The position numbers were made by a program, and so were the translations under genes. Of a DNA stretch of 64,000 nucleotides, positions 27,264 through 37,802 are shown piece by piece. Each line of letters opens with the position of its first letter. Position 1 is the first letter of the stretch. The notes below the pieces were generated by a model. That model was not told the origin of the DNA. It saw nothing but the letters and a program-made list of their open reading frames with translations, and did no database searches. This stretch comes from Candidatus Humimicrobiaceae bacterium (GTDB taxonomy: Bacteria; Patescibacteriota; Minisyncoccia; Minisyncoccales; DG-74-1): the NCBI GenBank assembly GCA_035530555.1, contig DATKUR010000003.1, positions 19,184 to 83,183 of the forward strand, written 5' to 3'.

Positions 27264-28523
27264 TTAGATTTTTTCTATTTGGGCGCCAAGTTTTCTTAAT
27301 TTCTCTTCAATTTTTTCATGACCTCTTTCTATTTGAGAAATGTTTTCAATTGTGTTTTTGCCCCTGGCAATCAAGCTGGCTAAAATCAAAGCAGCTCCTG
27401 ATCTGATGTCCGAGGAGCTGATTTTATTTCCGATTAATTCAGTTTTACCAAAAATCAAAGCCCGGTGAGGATCGGTAATTTCAATGTCAGCCCCCATCTT
27501 TCTTAACTCATGTAAATGCTGGAACCGATTTTCGTACAGAGGATCGTGGACTAATGATTTTCCTTGGGCTTGAGTTAGTAAAACTGATATTTGTGGCTGT
27601 AAATCGGTTGGAAAACCTGGGTAGGGAAGGACCTGGATCTTTGCCGGCTTGAAATCTTTAGAGGGCCTTACTAAAAATTCATCTGCCCTGACTTCAAAGT
27701 TTACTCCGACTTCCTTCATTTTTCCCAGAAAAAAAGTTAAATGATCGGGATTAATGTTTTTTATTTTTCCCTCTCCCCTAGTTATTGCTAAAGCAATAAA
27801 AAAAGTTCCGGCTTCTAATAAATCAGGACATAAAGAAAATTCGGCGCCGGACAACCTTTCTTTACCTTCAATTTCCAAAGTATGAGTGCCGATTCCTTCT
27901 ATTTTTACCCCCATTTTTCTTAAAAACAGCCCTAAATCTTGAACCTGAGGTTCAGCAGCGGCAATCTCAATTTTTGTTTTACCTTGAGCCCGGCTGGCCA
28001 ACATCATGACAATTTCCGTAGCCGTTACGGAGAACTCTTTCAGGGCTATTTTTCCCCCCTCTAATTTTTCTGGCGCTCTAAAATGATAAAAACCGTCTCT
28101 TTCTTCAGCTTGGACTCCAAAACTTTCCAGAGCTTCCAAATGAGTAGCAATCGGTCTTAGGCCAATTTTATCTCCGCCGGGATGTGGCACTTTGAAACTT
28201 TTAAACCTAATAGCCAGCGGGCCAATAAATAATACCGAAACCCGCATTTTCTCAAAAAGATCAACCGGAATTTTTTCCGGGTTAATGTTTTTAGGGTTTA
28301 TTTTTATCTTTCTTTTGTCCAGCCACTCAATTTTTACTCCCATCTCTTTCAGGATTTCAATCTGGTCCAAAACGTCAGAGACTAAAGGCAGATTGTCGAT
28401 AACCGATTCTTCTTCAGTCAGTAAAGCAGCCGCTAAAATCGCGCCGGCTGAATTTTTATAACCAGAAATTTCTACTTCGCCCGAGAGAGGAACACCACCT
28501 TTAATTAAAAACTTGTCCGCCAT
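27264..28523 (-). CDS. murA: UDP-N-acetylglucosamine 1-carboxyvinyltransferase, Cys-to-Asp variant
   Basis: ISGYKNS, PGGDKIGLRPI, SVTATE, PYPGFPTDLQ and YENRFQH. Confidence 0.95.
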   Translation of the reverse strand: MADKFLIKGGVPLSGEVEISGYKNSAGAILAAALLTEEESVIDNLPLVSDVLDQIEILKEMGVKIEWLDKRKIKINPKNINPEKIPVDLFEKMRVSVLFIGPLAIRFKSFKVPHPGGDKIGLRPIATHLEALESFGVQAEERDGFYHFRAPEKLEGGKIALKEFSVTATEIVMMLASRAQGKTKIEIAAAEPQVQDLGLFLRKMGVKIEGIGTHTLEIEGKERLSGAEFSLCPDLLEAGTFFIALAITRGEGKIKNINPDHLTFFLGKMKEVGVNFEVRADEFLVRPSKDFKPAKIQVLPYPGFPTDLQPQISVLLTQAQGKSLVHDPLYENRFQHLHELRKMGADIEITDPHRALIFGKTELIGNKISSSDIRSGAALILASLIARGKNTIENISQIERGHEKIEEKLRKLGAQIEKI

Positions 28524-28568
28524 AGAGTTGCTTTTAGGTTAGTTTTAGTTTACGATAAAAAGAGGCAT

Positions 28569-29564
28569 ATGTCAAAGAAAAAGGAAAAAATTGTGGTTAT
28601 TGGCGGCGGCACCGGTTCTTTTACAGTCCTTTCTGGTTTAAAAAAATATCCGGTTGACATTTCGGCCATTGTTGCCATGACCGACTCGGGAGGCAGTAAT
28701 CGGGTTATACGCGATGAACTGGGTTTGTTGCCGACCAGCGACATAAGACAGTGTCTAGTCGCTTTATCGGAAGATGAAAAAGAACAGTCCCTGAGGAAGC
28801 TTTTTAATTACCGCTTTTCAAGAGGAAATGGATTAAACGGGATGACTTTTGGCAATTTGTTTTTAGCTGCTCTGGCTGATATTTTTGGTTCGCAAATAGA
28901 AGCAATTAAAAAAACAAGCCAAATTCTTAAAATAAAAGGAAAAATTTTACCGGTAACATTGACTGACTCAAACTTGGTGGCTGTTTATGAAAACGGGAAA
29001 AAACTTATTGGAGAGCGTTTTATTGACGAACCGAAACACAGCGGCAAATTGAAAATTAGTAGAGTTTTCTTAAAGCCGAAAGCTGAAATTTATTCTGAGG
29101 CAAAGAGAGCGATTTTGAGCGCAGACCTGGTCGTTATCGGTCCCGGCGACCTCTACACCAGCCTAATCGCCGCTTTATTAACCGAAGGTATGGCAAAGGT
29201 ACTTAAGAAAACTAAAGCTAAGGTGGTCTATGTTATGAATCTGATGACAAGATATGGTCAAACATTTGGCTTTACTGCTAAAGACCATATTCGAGTTTTG
29301 GAGAAATATTTGGGCAGGGGTTGCTTAGACCTTGTTTTAGTTAACACAAAATCTATTCCCAAGAGCGCCTTGGTAAAATACAAGAAAGAGAAGGAGCTTC
29401 CTGTTGTTGACGATCTGGAAAATAGTTATTTTAAAGTAATCAGAAGGGACTTTTTAAGCGAAAAAGAAACAAAGCGCGTCCCGGGAGACATTTTGAAAAG
29501 AAGTCTTATTCGTCACGACTCTAAAAAGATAGCAAAAGTTATCTATAAACTATGCAGGCAGTAA
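28569..29564 (+). CDS. yvcK: YvcK/GlmR (CofD-like, UDP-sugar-binding) protein
   Basis: [21 protein letters not shown] and IGPGDLYTS. Confidence 0.9.
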   Translation: MSKKKEKIVVIGGGTGSFTVLSGLKKYPVDISAIVAMTDSGGSNRVIRDELGLLPTSDIRQCLVALSEDEKEQSLRKLFNYRFSRGNGLNGMTFGNLFLAALADIFGSQIEAIKKTSQILKIKGKILPVTLTDSNLVAVYENGKKLIGERFIDEPKHSGKLKISRVFLKPKAEIYSEAKRAILSADLVVIGPGDLYTSLIAALLTEGMAKVLKKTKAKVVYVMNLMTRYGQTFGFTAKDHIRVLEKYLGRGCLDLVLVNTKSIPKSALVKYKKEKELPVVDDLENSYFKVIRRDFLSEKETKRVPGDILKRSLIRHDSKKIAKVIYKLCRQ

Positions 29565-30835
29565 TTTTAGCAGCCGGTGAAAGTTCTCGCTTTTGGCCAT
29601 TAAATCAAAGGCATAAATCCCTGATTAAAATAATGGGTCGGCCTTTGGTTTGGTACACAATTGAAAGCTTAATAAAAACAAAAATTATTAAAGAGATTAT
29701 TATTGTACAAGATTCTAAGAAAAATATCGAAGGAGAACTTAAAAAGTATGATTTTGGAATAGATATCAAATATGTGGTTCAAGCAAAATCAAGGGGTATG
29801 GGAGACGCTGTTCTTTGCACTAAAGATCTAATTAAAGATTATTTTTTAGTTATAAATCCTTACCATTTTGAGATAGAGGAAGTATTAGGACTAACTTTAT
29901 CCGAGTGTAAATTAAAGAAAAAGAGTATAGAGATGATTCTATTCGGCGTAGAAACAGACAGGCCGTGGAATTATGGTATTTTCGGATTTAATAAAATAAA
30001 TAATTTCTTATATGTGACTAGTATCACCGAGAAACCTGAAAAAGGTAAGGAACTTTCTAATTGTAGGATCGTTGGTATCTATATATTGCCCTTAAACTTT
30101 TTTGAATATTTAAATAGGGTCCCAGAAGGATATTATTCTTTTGAAAACGCAATCAACTTTTATATGACAGAGAATAATAATCAAACGCCCGGCAGACCTA
30201 ATTTAACAATAGCTAAGATTTTAAAAGATAAAACTCCTTCTCTAAAATATCCCTGGGATTTATTGAATATAACCAAGATTTTAATGAATAAATACTTGGA
30301 AGGAAAAATTGAAGATTCAGCTCAAATTTCTAAAAACGTTGTTATTAAAGGAAAGGTTTATGTTGGCAATAATACAAAAATATATGAAGGAGCGGTAATC
30401 AAAGGGCCTTGTTATATCGGAAACAACTGCGTGATTGGTAATAATTCTCTGGTCAGGGAATATACGAATTTAGAGAACAATGTTTTAATCGGCGCTTTAG
30501 CTGAAGTTACCCGCTCAATTTTTCAGGAGGATGTCCATACTCATTCGGGATACCTTGGCGATTCAGTTTTTAGTAAAGGATGCAGAATAGGGGCAGGAAC
30601 TATTACGGCTAATGTCAGAATTGACAGGGGAGAAATAAAATCCGTAGTAAATGGCGAAAAAACCGGCACCGGCTTGAATTCTTTAGGCTGTGTTATGGGC
30701 GAGAACACGAAAACCGGCGTTCATTGTTCCTTTATGCCCGGCGTTTTCATTGGTTCAAATTGCCAAATCAGACCCGGCTCAATCGTTTCTGAAAACATTG
30801 AAGACAATACAGCTTTTTCAATCGAGAAAAAATAA
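29552..30835 (+). CDS. glmU: Bifunctional sugar-1-phosphate nucleotidyltransferase/acetyltransferase (archaeal-type GlmU)
   Basis: [24 protein letters not shown] and C-terminal hexapeptide repeats. Confidence 0.8.
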   Translation: MQAVILAAGESSRFWPLNQRHKSLIKIMGRPLVWYTIESLIKTKIIKEIIIVQDSKKNIEGELKKYDFGIDIKYVVQAKSRGMGDAVLCTKDLIKDYFLVINPYHFEIEEVLGLTLSECKLKKKSIEMILFGVETDRPWNYGIFGFNKINNFLYVTSITEKPEKGKELSNCRIVGIYILPLNFFEYLNRVPEGYYSFENAINFYMTENNNQTPGRPNLTIAKILKDKTPSLKYPWDLLNITKILMNKYLEGKIEDSAQISKNVVIKGKVYVGNNTKIYEGAVIKGPCYIGNNCVIGNNSLVREYTNLENNVLIGALAEVTRSIFQEDVHTHSGYLGDSVFSKGCRIGAGTITANVRIDRGEIKSVVNGEKTGTGLNSLGCVMGENTKTGVHCSFMPGVFIGSNCQIRPGSIVSENIEDNTAFSIEKK

Positions 30836-30845
30836 GAAATAAACA

Positions 30846-31799
30846 ATGTTAAGAACTAATCAGGAATATGTGATCGGAGTTGACGGCGGAGGTTCAAAAA
30901 CCACAGTCGTTCTAGTAAATTTAAAGAGTCAGATTTTAGTAAGATATCAAGCCGATTCTTCACACCCAAGAAATATCGGCATAAAAAATGCAATAAAGAA
31001 TCTTGCTCAGGCAATTGAGAAAGTTTTGGGCAAAATCAGAGGGGATAAAAAAATCCTCTCCACTTTTTTAGGACTGCCGGCAATGGAAGAGGAATTTAAA
31101 TCTAAGAAAGATATTATTAAAAAAGAACTTTTAAAACATAAAAAAATTCAGTCAATTTTCAAAGGAAAATTAATAATAGGGTCAGACCAACTAGCCGGTT
31201 TTAGATCGGGAGCTGATGAAAAAGATGGGATAGTTTTAATTGGCGGCTCAGGTTGTGCTACCCACGGCTGGCGAAAAAGCCAAGAAGTAAAAGTTGACGC
31301 TTGGGGTTATCTTAGTGAAATGGGTTCGGCTTTTTGGGTTGGTCAGAAAGCACTTCAAGCAATTTGGAGAGAATTAGACGGTCGTGGTCCGAAAACCTTG
31401 ATTACAAAACTGGTTTTTCAAAAATTGAAAATAAAAAATAAAGAAACCCTCATTGAGAAAATTTATTCTAAAAACCCTTTCAAGGTTATTCTCCCGCTCT
31501 CAGTTTTAGTTGATAAAGCGAGTAAAAAAGGAGACAAAATTGCCAAAGATATAATGAGAGAAGCGGGGAAAGAATTAGCTTTATCAGCCAATACGGCAGT
31601 AAGAAAATTAAACTTCCAAAAATTTAAATTCCCGTTAGTTTTAATTGGCAGCATGTTCAAATCGAAGATTGTTTTAGATACGGTAAAAAAAGAAATTAAA
31701 AAAGTTGCCCCAGGGGTTAAATTCATTCGGCCGAAAGCGGAACCGGTAATTGGAGCGGTAAAGTTAGCCATCGAAACTTTAAATAATGATAATGACTAG
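30846..31799 (+). CDS. BadF/BadG/BcrA/BcrD family kinase (GlcNAc/MurNAc kinase-like)
   Basis: IGVDGGGSKT, GIVLIGGSG and WGYLSEMGSAFWVG. Confidence 0.85.
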   Translation: MLRTNQEYVIGVDGGGSKTTVVLVNLKSQILVRYQADSSHPRNIGIKNAIKNLAQAIEKVLGKIRGDKKILSTFLGLPAMEEEFKSKKDIIKKELLKHKKIQSIFKGKLIIGSDQLAGFRSGADEKDGIVLIGGSGCATHGWRKSQEVKVDAWGYLSEMGSAFWVGQKALQAIWRELDGRGPKTLITKLVFQKLKIKNKETLIEKIYSKNPFKVILPLSVLVDKASKKGDKIAKDIMREAGKELALSANTAVRKLNFQKFKFPLVLIGSMFKSKIVLDTVKKEIKKVAPGVKFIRPKAEPVIGAVKLAIETLNNDND

Positions 31800-32418
31800 T
31801 CGCATAGCCGAAGAACTAAAAAAAGGGAAAGTTATTATTTGCCCGACCGATACTGTTTATGGGCTGATAGCTGACGCTACCAACGAGAAAGCAGTTGAGA
31901 AAGTTTTCAAAATAAAGAAAAGACCAAGAAATAAAGCCCTACCGATTTTCGTCAAAAATCTAAAAATGGCGAAGAAATTTGCCCAGATAGATAAAAACCA
32001 GGAAAAGTTTTTGAAATCAGTTTGGTTCACCTGTCCAAATTTTAGCAAAGACGCCCAAAAGAAAATGGTGAAAATTGGTCCCAAAAGTTGGGCGGGCAAG
32101 GGAAAGGTCACAGTAATTCTGAAGCCAAAAAGAAAATTTCCAAAAGGAATTGGTAAGCCAAAAAAAGAAATTGGCCTGAGGATCCCCAATTATAAAACCA
32201 TTAATCAATTGTTATCAATCATTAATCGGCCGCTTACTGGAACATCGGCAAACATTTCCGGAAAAGCTGCCTCGACAAAAATTAAAGAAGTTTTAAAACA
32301 ATTCAGAAACCAAAAATATCAGCCAGATTTAGTCGTTTCGGCCGGCAATCTACCAAAAAGCAGGCCTTCTTTAGTAATTGATTTAACAAGAGAGCCTCTA
32401 AAAATTTTAAGAGCCTGA
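31786..32418 (+). CDS. tsaC: Threonylcarbamoyl-AMP synthase (YrdC/Sua5 domain) with an internal insertion
   Basis: PTDTVYGL, KIKKRP..K, GLRIP and TSANISG. Confidence 0.92.
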   Translation: MIMTSRIAEELKKGKVIICPTDTVYGLIADATNEKAVEKVFKIKKRPRNKALPIFVKNLKMAKKFAQIDKNQEKFLKSVWFTCPNFSKDAQKKMVKIGPKSWAGKGKVTVILKPKRKFPKGIGKPKKEIGLRIPNYKTINQLLSIINRPLTGTSANISGKAASTKIKEVLKQFRNQKYQPDLVVSAGNLPKSRPSLVIDLTREPLKILRA

Positions 32419-32423
32419 AAACC

Positions 32424-33485
32424 ATGAAAATTCTGGCTATTGATACTTCCTGCGACGACACCTGCGTCGCTTTATTAAAAATTAAAAACAGGAAATTAGA
32501 AATTTTAAGTAACCTAGTTTCGTCGCAGGTAAAATTACACGCAAAGTATGGAGGAGTCTACCCTTCTTTGGCGAAAAGAGAACATCAGAAAAATTTACCA
32601 ATCATTTTTAAAAAAGCCCTTCGGCGGCTTAAGAAAAAACAGTTTGATTTAATTGGTGTTACAATTGGGCCAGGGCTAGAACCTTGCTTGTGGCAGGGAG
32701 TGAATTTCGCCAAAGATTTAGCGAAAAAATTAGGAAAACCCCTGGTTTTGATAAATCACATTGAAGCCCATATACTGGCGAATTGGCTATCGGATTCCAT
32801 GTCCCACATTTCAGATTCTAAATGCTTATTTCCGGCGGTGTCTTTGGTTGTTAGCGGGGGACATACTCAGCTTATTTTAATGAGAGGAGTTGGAAAATAT
32901 AAACTATTAGGCGAAACGAGAGATGATGCAGCCGGAGAATGCTTTGATAAAGTAGCTAAGATTTTAGGGCTAAGTTATCCCGGAGGGCCAGTTATCGACG
33001 CCGAAGCGGCGAAATATCGCAGCCGCTTAAAAGATGATTGTCGAATACCAAAGTATCGGATTGGACTACCTCGACCAATGATTTACCAGAAAAACTATGA
33101 CTTTAGTTTTAGCGGATTGAAAACAGCGGTCTTATATGATTTCAGAAGCCGTTCTCTAAAAATTAGGAAATCTAAAGAATACATTCAAGAAATGGCGGCT
33201 GAAGCCCAGCAGGCGATAATTGATGTATTGATTTCAAAAACCGTCAAGGTGGCTAAAAAATTCCGGTCAAAAACAATAATCCTTGGAGGTGGAGTATCAG
33301 CTAGTCAAGAGCTGAGAAATCGATTCAAAAGTAAATGCTTAACTTCTGGCATTAAACTTCTGGTTCCGTCAAAAAACTTATCTACTGATAATGCCGTTAT
33401 GGTGGCAATAACTAGTTATTGCCACCGAAAAACGGCTACAAAAAATTTGAAAAGAATAAAAGCTGATGCTAATCTAAGAATATGA
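32424..33485 (+). CDS. tsaD: tRNA threonylcarbamoyltransferase
   Basis: LAIDTSCDDT, HIEAH, VSGGHT, DDAAGECFDK and DFSFSGLKT. Confidence 0.96.
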   Translation: MKILAIDTSCDDTCVALLKIKNRKLEILSNLVSSQVKLHAKYGGVYPSLAKREHQKNLPIIFKKALRRLKKKQFDLIGVTIGPGLEPCLWQGVNFAKDLAKKLGKPLVLINHIEAHILANWLSDSMSHISDSKCLFPAVSLVVSGGHTQLILMRGVGKYKLLGETRDDAAGECFDKVAKILGLSYPGGPVIDAEAAKYRSRLKDDCRIPKYRIGLPRPMIYQKNYDFSFSGLKTAVLYDFRSRSLKIRKSKEYIQEMAAEAQQAIIDVLISKTVKVAKKFRSKTIILGGGVSASQELRNRFKSKCLTSGIKLLVPSKNLSTDNAVMVAITSYCHRKTATKNLKRIKADANLRI

Positions 33486-34723
33486 ACCCTTCTTTAAAAC
33501 AAACAGACTCAAAAACAGCAAAAATTACTGAAAAAGAGAAGAAAAGGCAATCGGAAGGGATGGAATTAATTGCCTCGGAAAATTACGCTTCCAAAGCCGT
33601 AATGGAGGCTTTAGGTTCGGTTTTCACCAATAAATATTCTGAGGGATACCCCGGGAGAAGGTATTACGGTGGCCAACCTTTTACCGATGCCGTGGAAAAT
33701 TTAGCGATTGAACGGGCTAAAAAACTTTTTGGAGCCGAGCACGTCAACGTTCAACCGTTGTCAGGTGCTCCGGCGAATATGATTGTTTACAGCGCCGTTT
33801 TAAAACCGGGAAACAAGGTTTTGGGCATGGATCTTTCTCATGGCGGTCATCTAACTCATGGTCATCCAGTCACTTTAGCAGCTAAAATTTATAAATTCGT
33901 CCGTTACAAAACAAAAGCAAATGGTCTGATTGACTATAAAGAGCTTGAACAAATTGCTGCGAGAGAAAGGCCCAAATTAATGCTGGCCGGTTTTTCTGCT
34001 TATACCAGACAGATGAATTATAAAAAGTTTTGCGATATTGCCAAAAAAGTTAAAGCTATTAGCATGTTTGATATGGCTCATATTGCAGGTCTGATTGCCG
34101 GAAAAGCTCTCCCCAATCCTGTTGCTTATTTTGACATTGTTACAACGACGACTCATAAAACCTTGAGAGGGCCGAGGGGCGGGATGATTTTATGTAAGAA
34201 AAATTTTGCTCAGATTATTGATAAGGCTTGTTTCCCAGGGTTTCAGGGCGGACCCCATATGAATAATATTGCTGCCAAAGCGGTGGCCTTTAAGGAGGCC
34301 TTGCAGCCGTCTTTCAGAAAGTATGTCAAGCAGGTGCTGAGAAATGCTAAAACGTTAGAGAAACAGTTAAGAAAATACGGATTTAAAATAATGTTTGGCG
34401 GTACTGACAACCATATGGTTTTGGTTGATGTTTTTGAGTCAAAAGGAGTTAGCGGGAAAGAAGCCGAGATAGTACTGGATGAGATTGGTATAAGTGTGAA
34501 TAGAAACATGATACCTGATGACCCGAGAAGTCCGGTGGACCCCAGCGGGATCCGCATTGGCGTTCCGGCCGTAACCACCAGGGGGATGAAAGAAAAAGAA
34601 ATAAAACAGATTAGTAAATGGATTAACGAAGCAATTAGAAATTGCAACAACAAAAGAGTTTTGCGGAGATTACACAAAGAAGTTATTAAAATGTGCAGGA
34701 AATTTCCTGTACCCGGAATATGA
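33482..34723 (+). CDS. glyA: Serine hydroxymethyltransferase
   Basis: LIASEN, NKYSEGYPG.RYYGG and TTTTHKTLRGPRGG. Confidence 0.97.
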   Translation: MNPSLKQTDSKTAKITEKEKKRQSEGMELIASENYASKAVMEALGSVFTNKYSEGYPGRRYYGGQPFTDAVENLAIERAKKLFGAEHVNVQPLSGAPANMIVYSAVLKPGNKVLGMDLSHGGHLTHGHPVTLAAKIYKFVRYKTKANGLIDYKELEQIAARERPKLMLAGFSAYTRQMNYKKFCDIAKKVKAISMFDMAHIAGLIAGKALPNPVAYFDIVTTTTHKTLRGPRGGMILCKKNFAQIIDKACFPGFQGGPHMNNIAAKAVAFKEALQPSFRKYVKQVLRNAKTLEKQLRKYGFKIMFGGTDNHMVLVDVFESKGVSGKEAEIVLDEIGISVNRNMIPDDPRSPVDPSGIRIGVPAVTTRGMKEKEIKQISKWINEAIRNCNNKRVLRRLHKEVIKMCRKFPVPGI

Positions 34724-35541
34724 TTTTACTAGACGGTAAAAAGCTATCAGAAGAGATTTTAAAAAAAATTAGAAAGAAAATTAAAAGCCGTCATTCAAAA
34801 TTAAGGTTGACGGTGGTTCAGATTGGAGAAAACCCCGTTTCTCAAATTTTCATCAATCAAAAGAAAAAAGCCTGCCAAAAAACAGGTATTAGTTTTAAGT
34901 CGTTTGAATTCCCGTCAAAAATAAAAAAATCAGAATTGAAGAAAGAAATTGAGAAAATTTGCCAAAATTCCAAAAATTCCGGAGTAATTATTCAGCTGCC
35001 TTTGCCCAAAAAATTTTTACCGGAAGACTTTCTTAATTTAATTCCTGAGAGAAAAGATATTGATGTCTTATCAGAAGGTAACTTAGGAAAATTTTATCAA
35101 GGAACTTTGAGAATTTTGCCTCCGACTGTTCAGGGTATTTTATATCTCTTGAAAAAATATAAAATCCGCCTAAAAGGCAAGGATATAGCGATTATCGGAG
35201 CGGGAAGATTGGTCGGCTTTCCATTGGCTGTTCAGCTTTTAAAGGAAAAGGCCACTGTTTCTGTTCTTAATGAGTTTACCCGGGACGCCCAATTTTTTAC
35301 CCAAAAAGCCGATATTTTAATTTCCGGAGTTGGAAAACCTAATTTGATTAAAGAGAATGTAATTAAGAGAGGGGTGATAATTATTGACGCTGGGACGGCC
35401 CTAAGAAAAGGAAAATTAGTTGGCGACGTTGATTTTCAGCGAGTTTCTAAAAAGGCAAGTTATATTACTCCCGTTCCTGGCGGCGTCGGGCCTTTGACCG
35501 TTGCCTGTCTACTTGAAAATTTAGTAAAGTTAGATAAATAA
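34720..35541 (+). CDS. folD: Methylenetetrahydrofolate dehydrogenase/cyclohydrolase
   Basis: LDGK, IIQLPLP, GDVDF and TPVPGGVGPLT. Start set at the ATG at 34720. Confidence 0.95.
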   Translation: MILLDGKKLSEEILKKIRKKIKSRHSKLRLTVVQIGENPVSQIFINQKKKACQKTGISFKSFEFPSKIKKSELKKEIEKICQNSKNSGVIIQLPLPKKFLPEDFLNLIPERKDIDVLSEGNLGKFYQGTLRILPPTVQGILYLLKKYKIRLKGKDIAIIGAGRLVGFPLAVQLLKEKATVSVLNEFTRDAQFFTQKADILISGVGKPNLIKENVIKRGVIIIDAGTALRKGKLVGDVDFQRVSKKASYITPVPGGVGPLTVACLLENLVKLDK

Positions 35542-35648
35542 AAAAAAATCCGCCGTGGCGGGATTTTTTATTAAGGCTTCTTTTTCTATCTCACTGCGTA
35601 GTGGTGGCCAAAGAGATAAATCTCTTTTTTCGCTTCGCTACGGTTCGG

Positions 35649-35731
35649 TGGGCGAGGAGAGAATCGAACTCTCACGAGATTGCTCTCATAGGTTTTTGAA
35701 ACCTACGTGTCTACCGTTCCACCACTCGCCC
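35649..35731 (-). tRNA. tRNA-Leu(CAA), no encoded CCA
   Basis: GGGCGAG/CTCGCCC acceptor stem, TAGGT-TTCAAAA-ACCTA anticodon arm, long variable arm and GTTCGATTC. Confidence 0.95.
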
Positions 35732-37789
35732 TCATTTCTCGGTTATATTATCAGAATTTTTCTCTTTTTTCAATTCAAAGTCGCAGTCTTTGCTAGAACA
35801 CTTAATTTGTCCCCGCTTAGTCTGAATTATAAGTGATTTGCATTTTGGGCAGATTTCGCCGGTTGGCTTATCCCACAAGGCGAAATCACATTTAGGGTAT
35901 TGGTCGCAGCCATAAAATATTTTATTTTTTTTAGTTCTTTTCTGGGTAATCTTTCCCTCTTTGCATTTTGGGCATTTTATTCCCAGGGTATTCTCTTTTA
36001 AAGATTCAGTGTAGCGGCACTTTGGGAACTTTGAGCAAGCATAAAATTTTCCATATTTACCCAGGCGAATTAAAAGATTGGCGTCACATTTTGGACATTT
36101 TTTCTTGGTGGGCTTTTCAGTAATGTCCTTTTTTGAAACTTCCTGGTATTTCTTTTGGAGATTTTCTTCAAAAGGTTGATAAAATTCTTTTATTACTGGA
36201 ACCCATTTTTTTTCACCCTCGGCGATTTTATCCAAATTTTCCTCCATCCCGGCCGTAAATTTAATATCAACAATTTCTGGAAAGTGAGCCACTAAAAGAT
36301 CGTTAACCACCGTTCCAATTTCAGTCGGACGAAATTTTCTGTTTTCATCCTTTTCAATGTAATTTTTTGCTTGAATCGTAGATAAGATCGGCGCATAAGT
36401 GGAAGGCCGGCCAATTCCATTTTCCTCCAATGCTTTAATGAGAGTAGCCTCGCTGTATCTTGGGGGCGGTTGAGTAAAATGTTGAGAAGGTATTAGTTTT
36501 ACTAATTTTAATAATTCGTCTTTTTCTAAAGATGGCAGTTCCGTTTCTTCAAATTTCATTGGAAAAACCTTTAAGAACCCGTCAAATTTTAAAATTTGGC
36601 CAGTAGCTCGAAAGATATAATCCTTAGCCGAAATATCTACAGCTGTTGAGTCGAAAACGGCTTGAGCCATTTGGCAGGCAACGAACCTCCGCCAGATTAA
36701 ATCATAAAGTTTAGATTGATTTTCATCTAATTTTGAAGCTTTTTTATCTAAATAAGTAGGCCTGATGGCCTCATGAGCCTCTTGGGCACCTTTTGTTTTA
36801 GTTCTGTATTTTCTTAAAAATCCCGCCCAATATCCCTTGCCGTGATTTTTAATAATATATTTTCTCGCGGCAAATAAAGATAAATCAGAAAGATTTAAAG
36901 AATCGGTTCGGTGATAAGTGATTAAGCCTCTCTCATAAAGGTTTTGGGCAATTTTCATCGTGAATTTGGCTGGGAATCTAAATTTTTTCCAAGCATCTTG
37001 CTGGAGAGTGGAAGTGGTAAGGGGGGGGAGAGGATTTCTTTTTAATTCTTTCTTCTCAACATTTATCACTTTATATTCTGCTCCCTTCAGGTCCTTAATA
37101 ATCTTTTCTGCTTCTTTCTCGTTCCTTATTTCTAATTTATCTAAAACCTTTTCATCTTTTTTAATCAATAATGCCTTAAACTCGCCGTTCTTCAGTTTTT
37201 TAAAGAGAGCTTCAATGGTCCAGTATTCTTGAGGGATGAATTCTTGTATTTCTCTTTCTCTTTCTACAACCAGTCTTACAACTACCGATTGAACTCTACC
37301 AGCCGATAATCCTCTGGCCACTTTTTTCCATAAAAAGGGGGATAATTTATAGCCGACAATTCTGTCCAGAATTCTCCTTGTTTGTTGAGCATCAACCAAA
37401 TTCATGTCAATTTTTCTGGGATTTTTAAAGGCCTCCTCAATTGCCGGCTTGGTAATCTCATGGAAAACAATTCTCTGGTAAGGTTTTTTACCATCTAAGT
37501 CGAGAAGATAAGCTAGATGATAGGCGATCGCCTCTCCTTCCCTATCTTCGTCGGTACCTAAAATTACCAAGCTTGCCCCTTGGGCCTCTTTTTTCAAAAG
37601 CTGAATAGTCTTTTTAGCCTTAGAAATAATAGTATAATTTGGTTTGAAATTATCTTCTACGTCAATGCCAAATTTATCTTCTGGCAAATCTCTAATATGG
37701 CCGTAAGAAGAAAGAACCCGACCTTCTTTGTTTAAAAAGCCGCTGATCGTTTTTGCTTTGGTGGGACTTTCAACAATGACTAATTTCAT
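35732..37789 (-). CDS. topA: DNA topoisomerase I
   Basis: IVESPTKAKTI, DEDREGEAI, SAGRVQS, ITYHRTDS and C-terminal zinc ribbons. Confidence 0.97.
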   Translation of the reverse strand: MKLVIVESPTKAKTISGFLNKEGRVLSSYGHIRDLPEDKFGIDVEDNFKPNYTIISKAKKTIQLLKKEAQGASLVILGTDEDREGEAIAYHLAYLLDLDGKKPYQRIVFHEITKPAIEEAFKNPRKIDMNLVDAQQTRRILDRIVGYKLSPFLWKKVARGLSAGRVQSVVVRLVVEREREIQEFIPQEYWTIEALFKKLKNGEFKALLIKKDEKVLDKLEIRNEKEAEKIIKDLKGAEYKVINVEKKELKRNPLPPLTTSTLQQDAWKKFRFPAKFTMKIAQNLYERGLITYHRTDSLNLSDLSLFAARKYIIKNHGKGYWAGFLRKYRTKTKGAQEAHEAIRPTYLDKKASKLDENQSKLYDLIWRRFVACQMAQAVFDSTAVDISAKDYIFRATGQILKFDGFLKVFPMKFEETELPSLEKDELLKLVKLIPSQHFTQPPPRYSEATLIKALEENGIGRPSTYAPILSTIQAKNYIEKDENRKFRPTEIGTVVNDLLVAHFPEIVDIKFTAGMEENLDKIAEGEKKWVPVIKEFYQPFEENLQKKYQEVSKKDITEKPTKKKCPKCDANLLIRLGKYGKFYACSKFPKCRYTESLKENTLGIKCPKCKEGKITQKRTKKNKIFYGCDQYPKCDFALWDKPTGEICPKCKSLIIQTKRGQIKCSSKDCDFELKKEKNSDNITEK

Positions 37790-37802
37790 GAATAATTGAA
37801 AG

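Noticed and set aside
35555-35836. 93-aa plus-strand ORF
   Set aside because: It is antisense to tRNA-Leu and the end of topA and includes repeat-like DNA.
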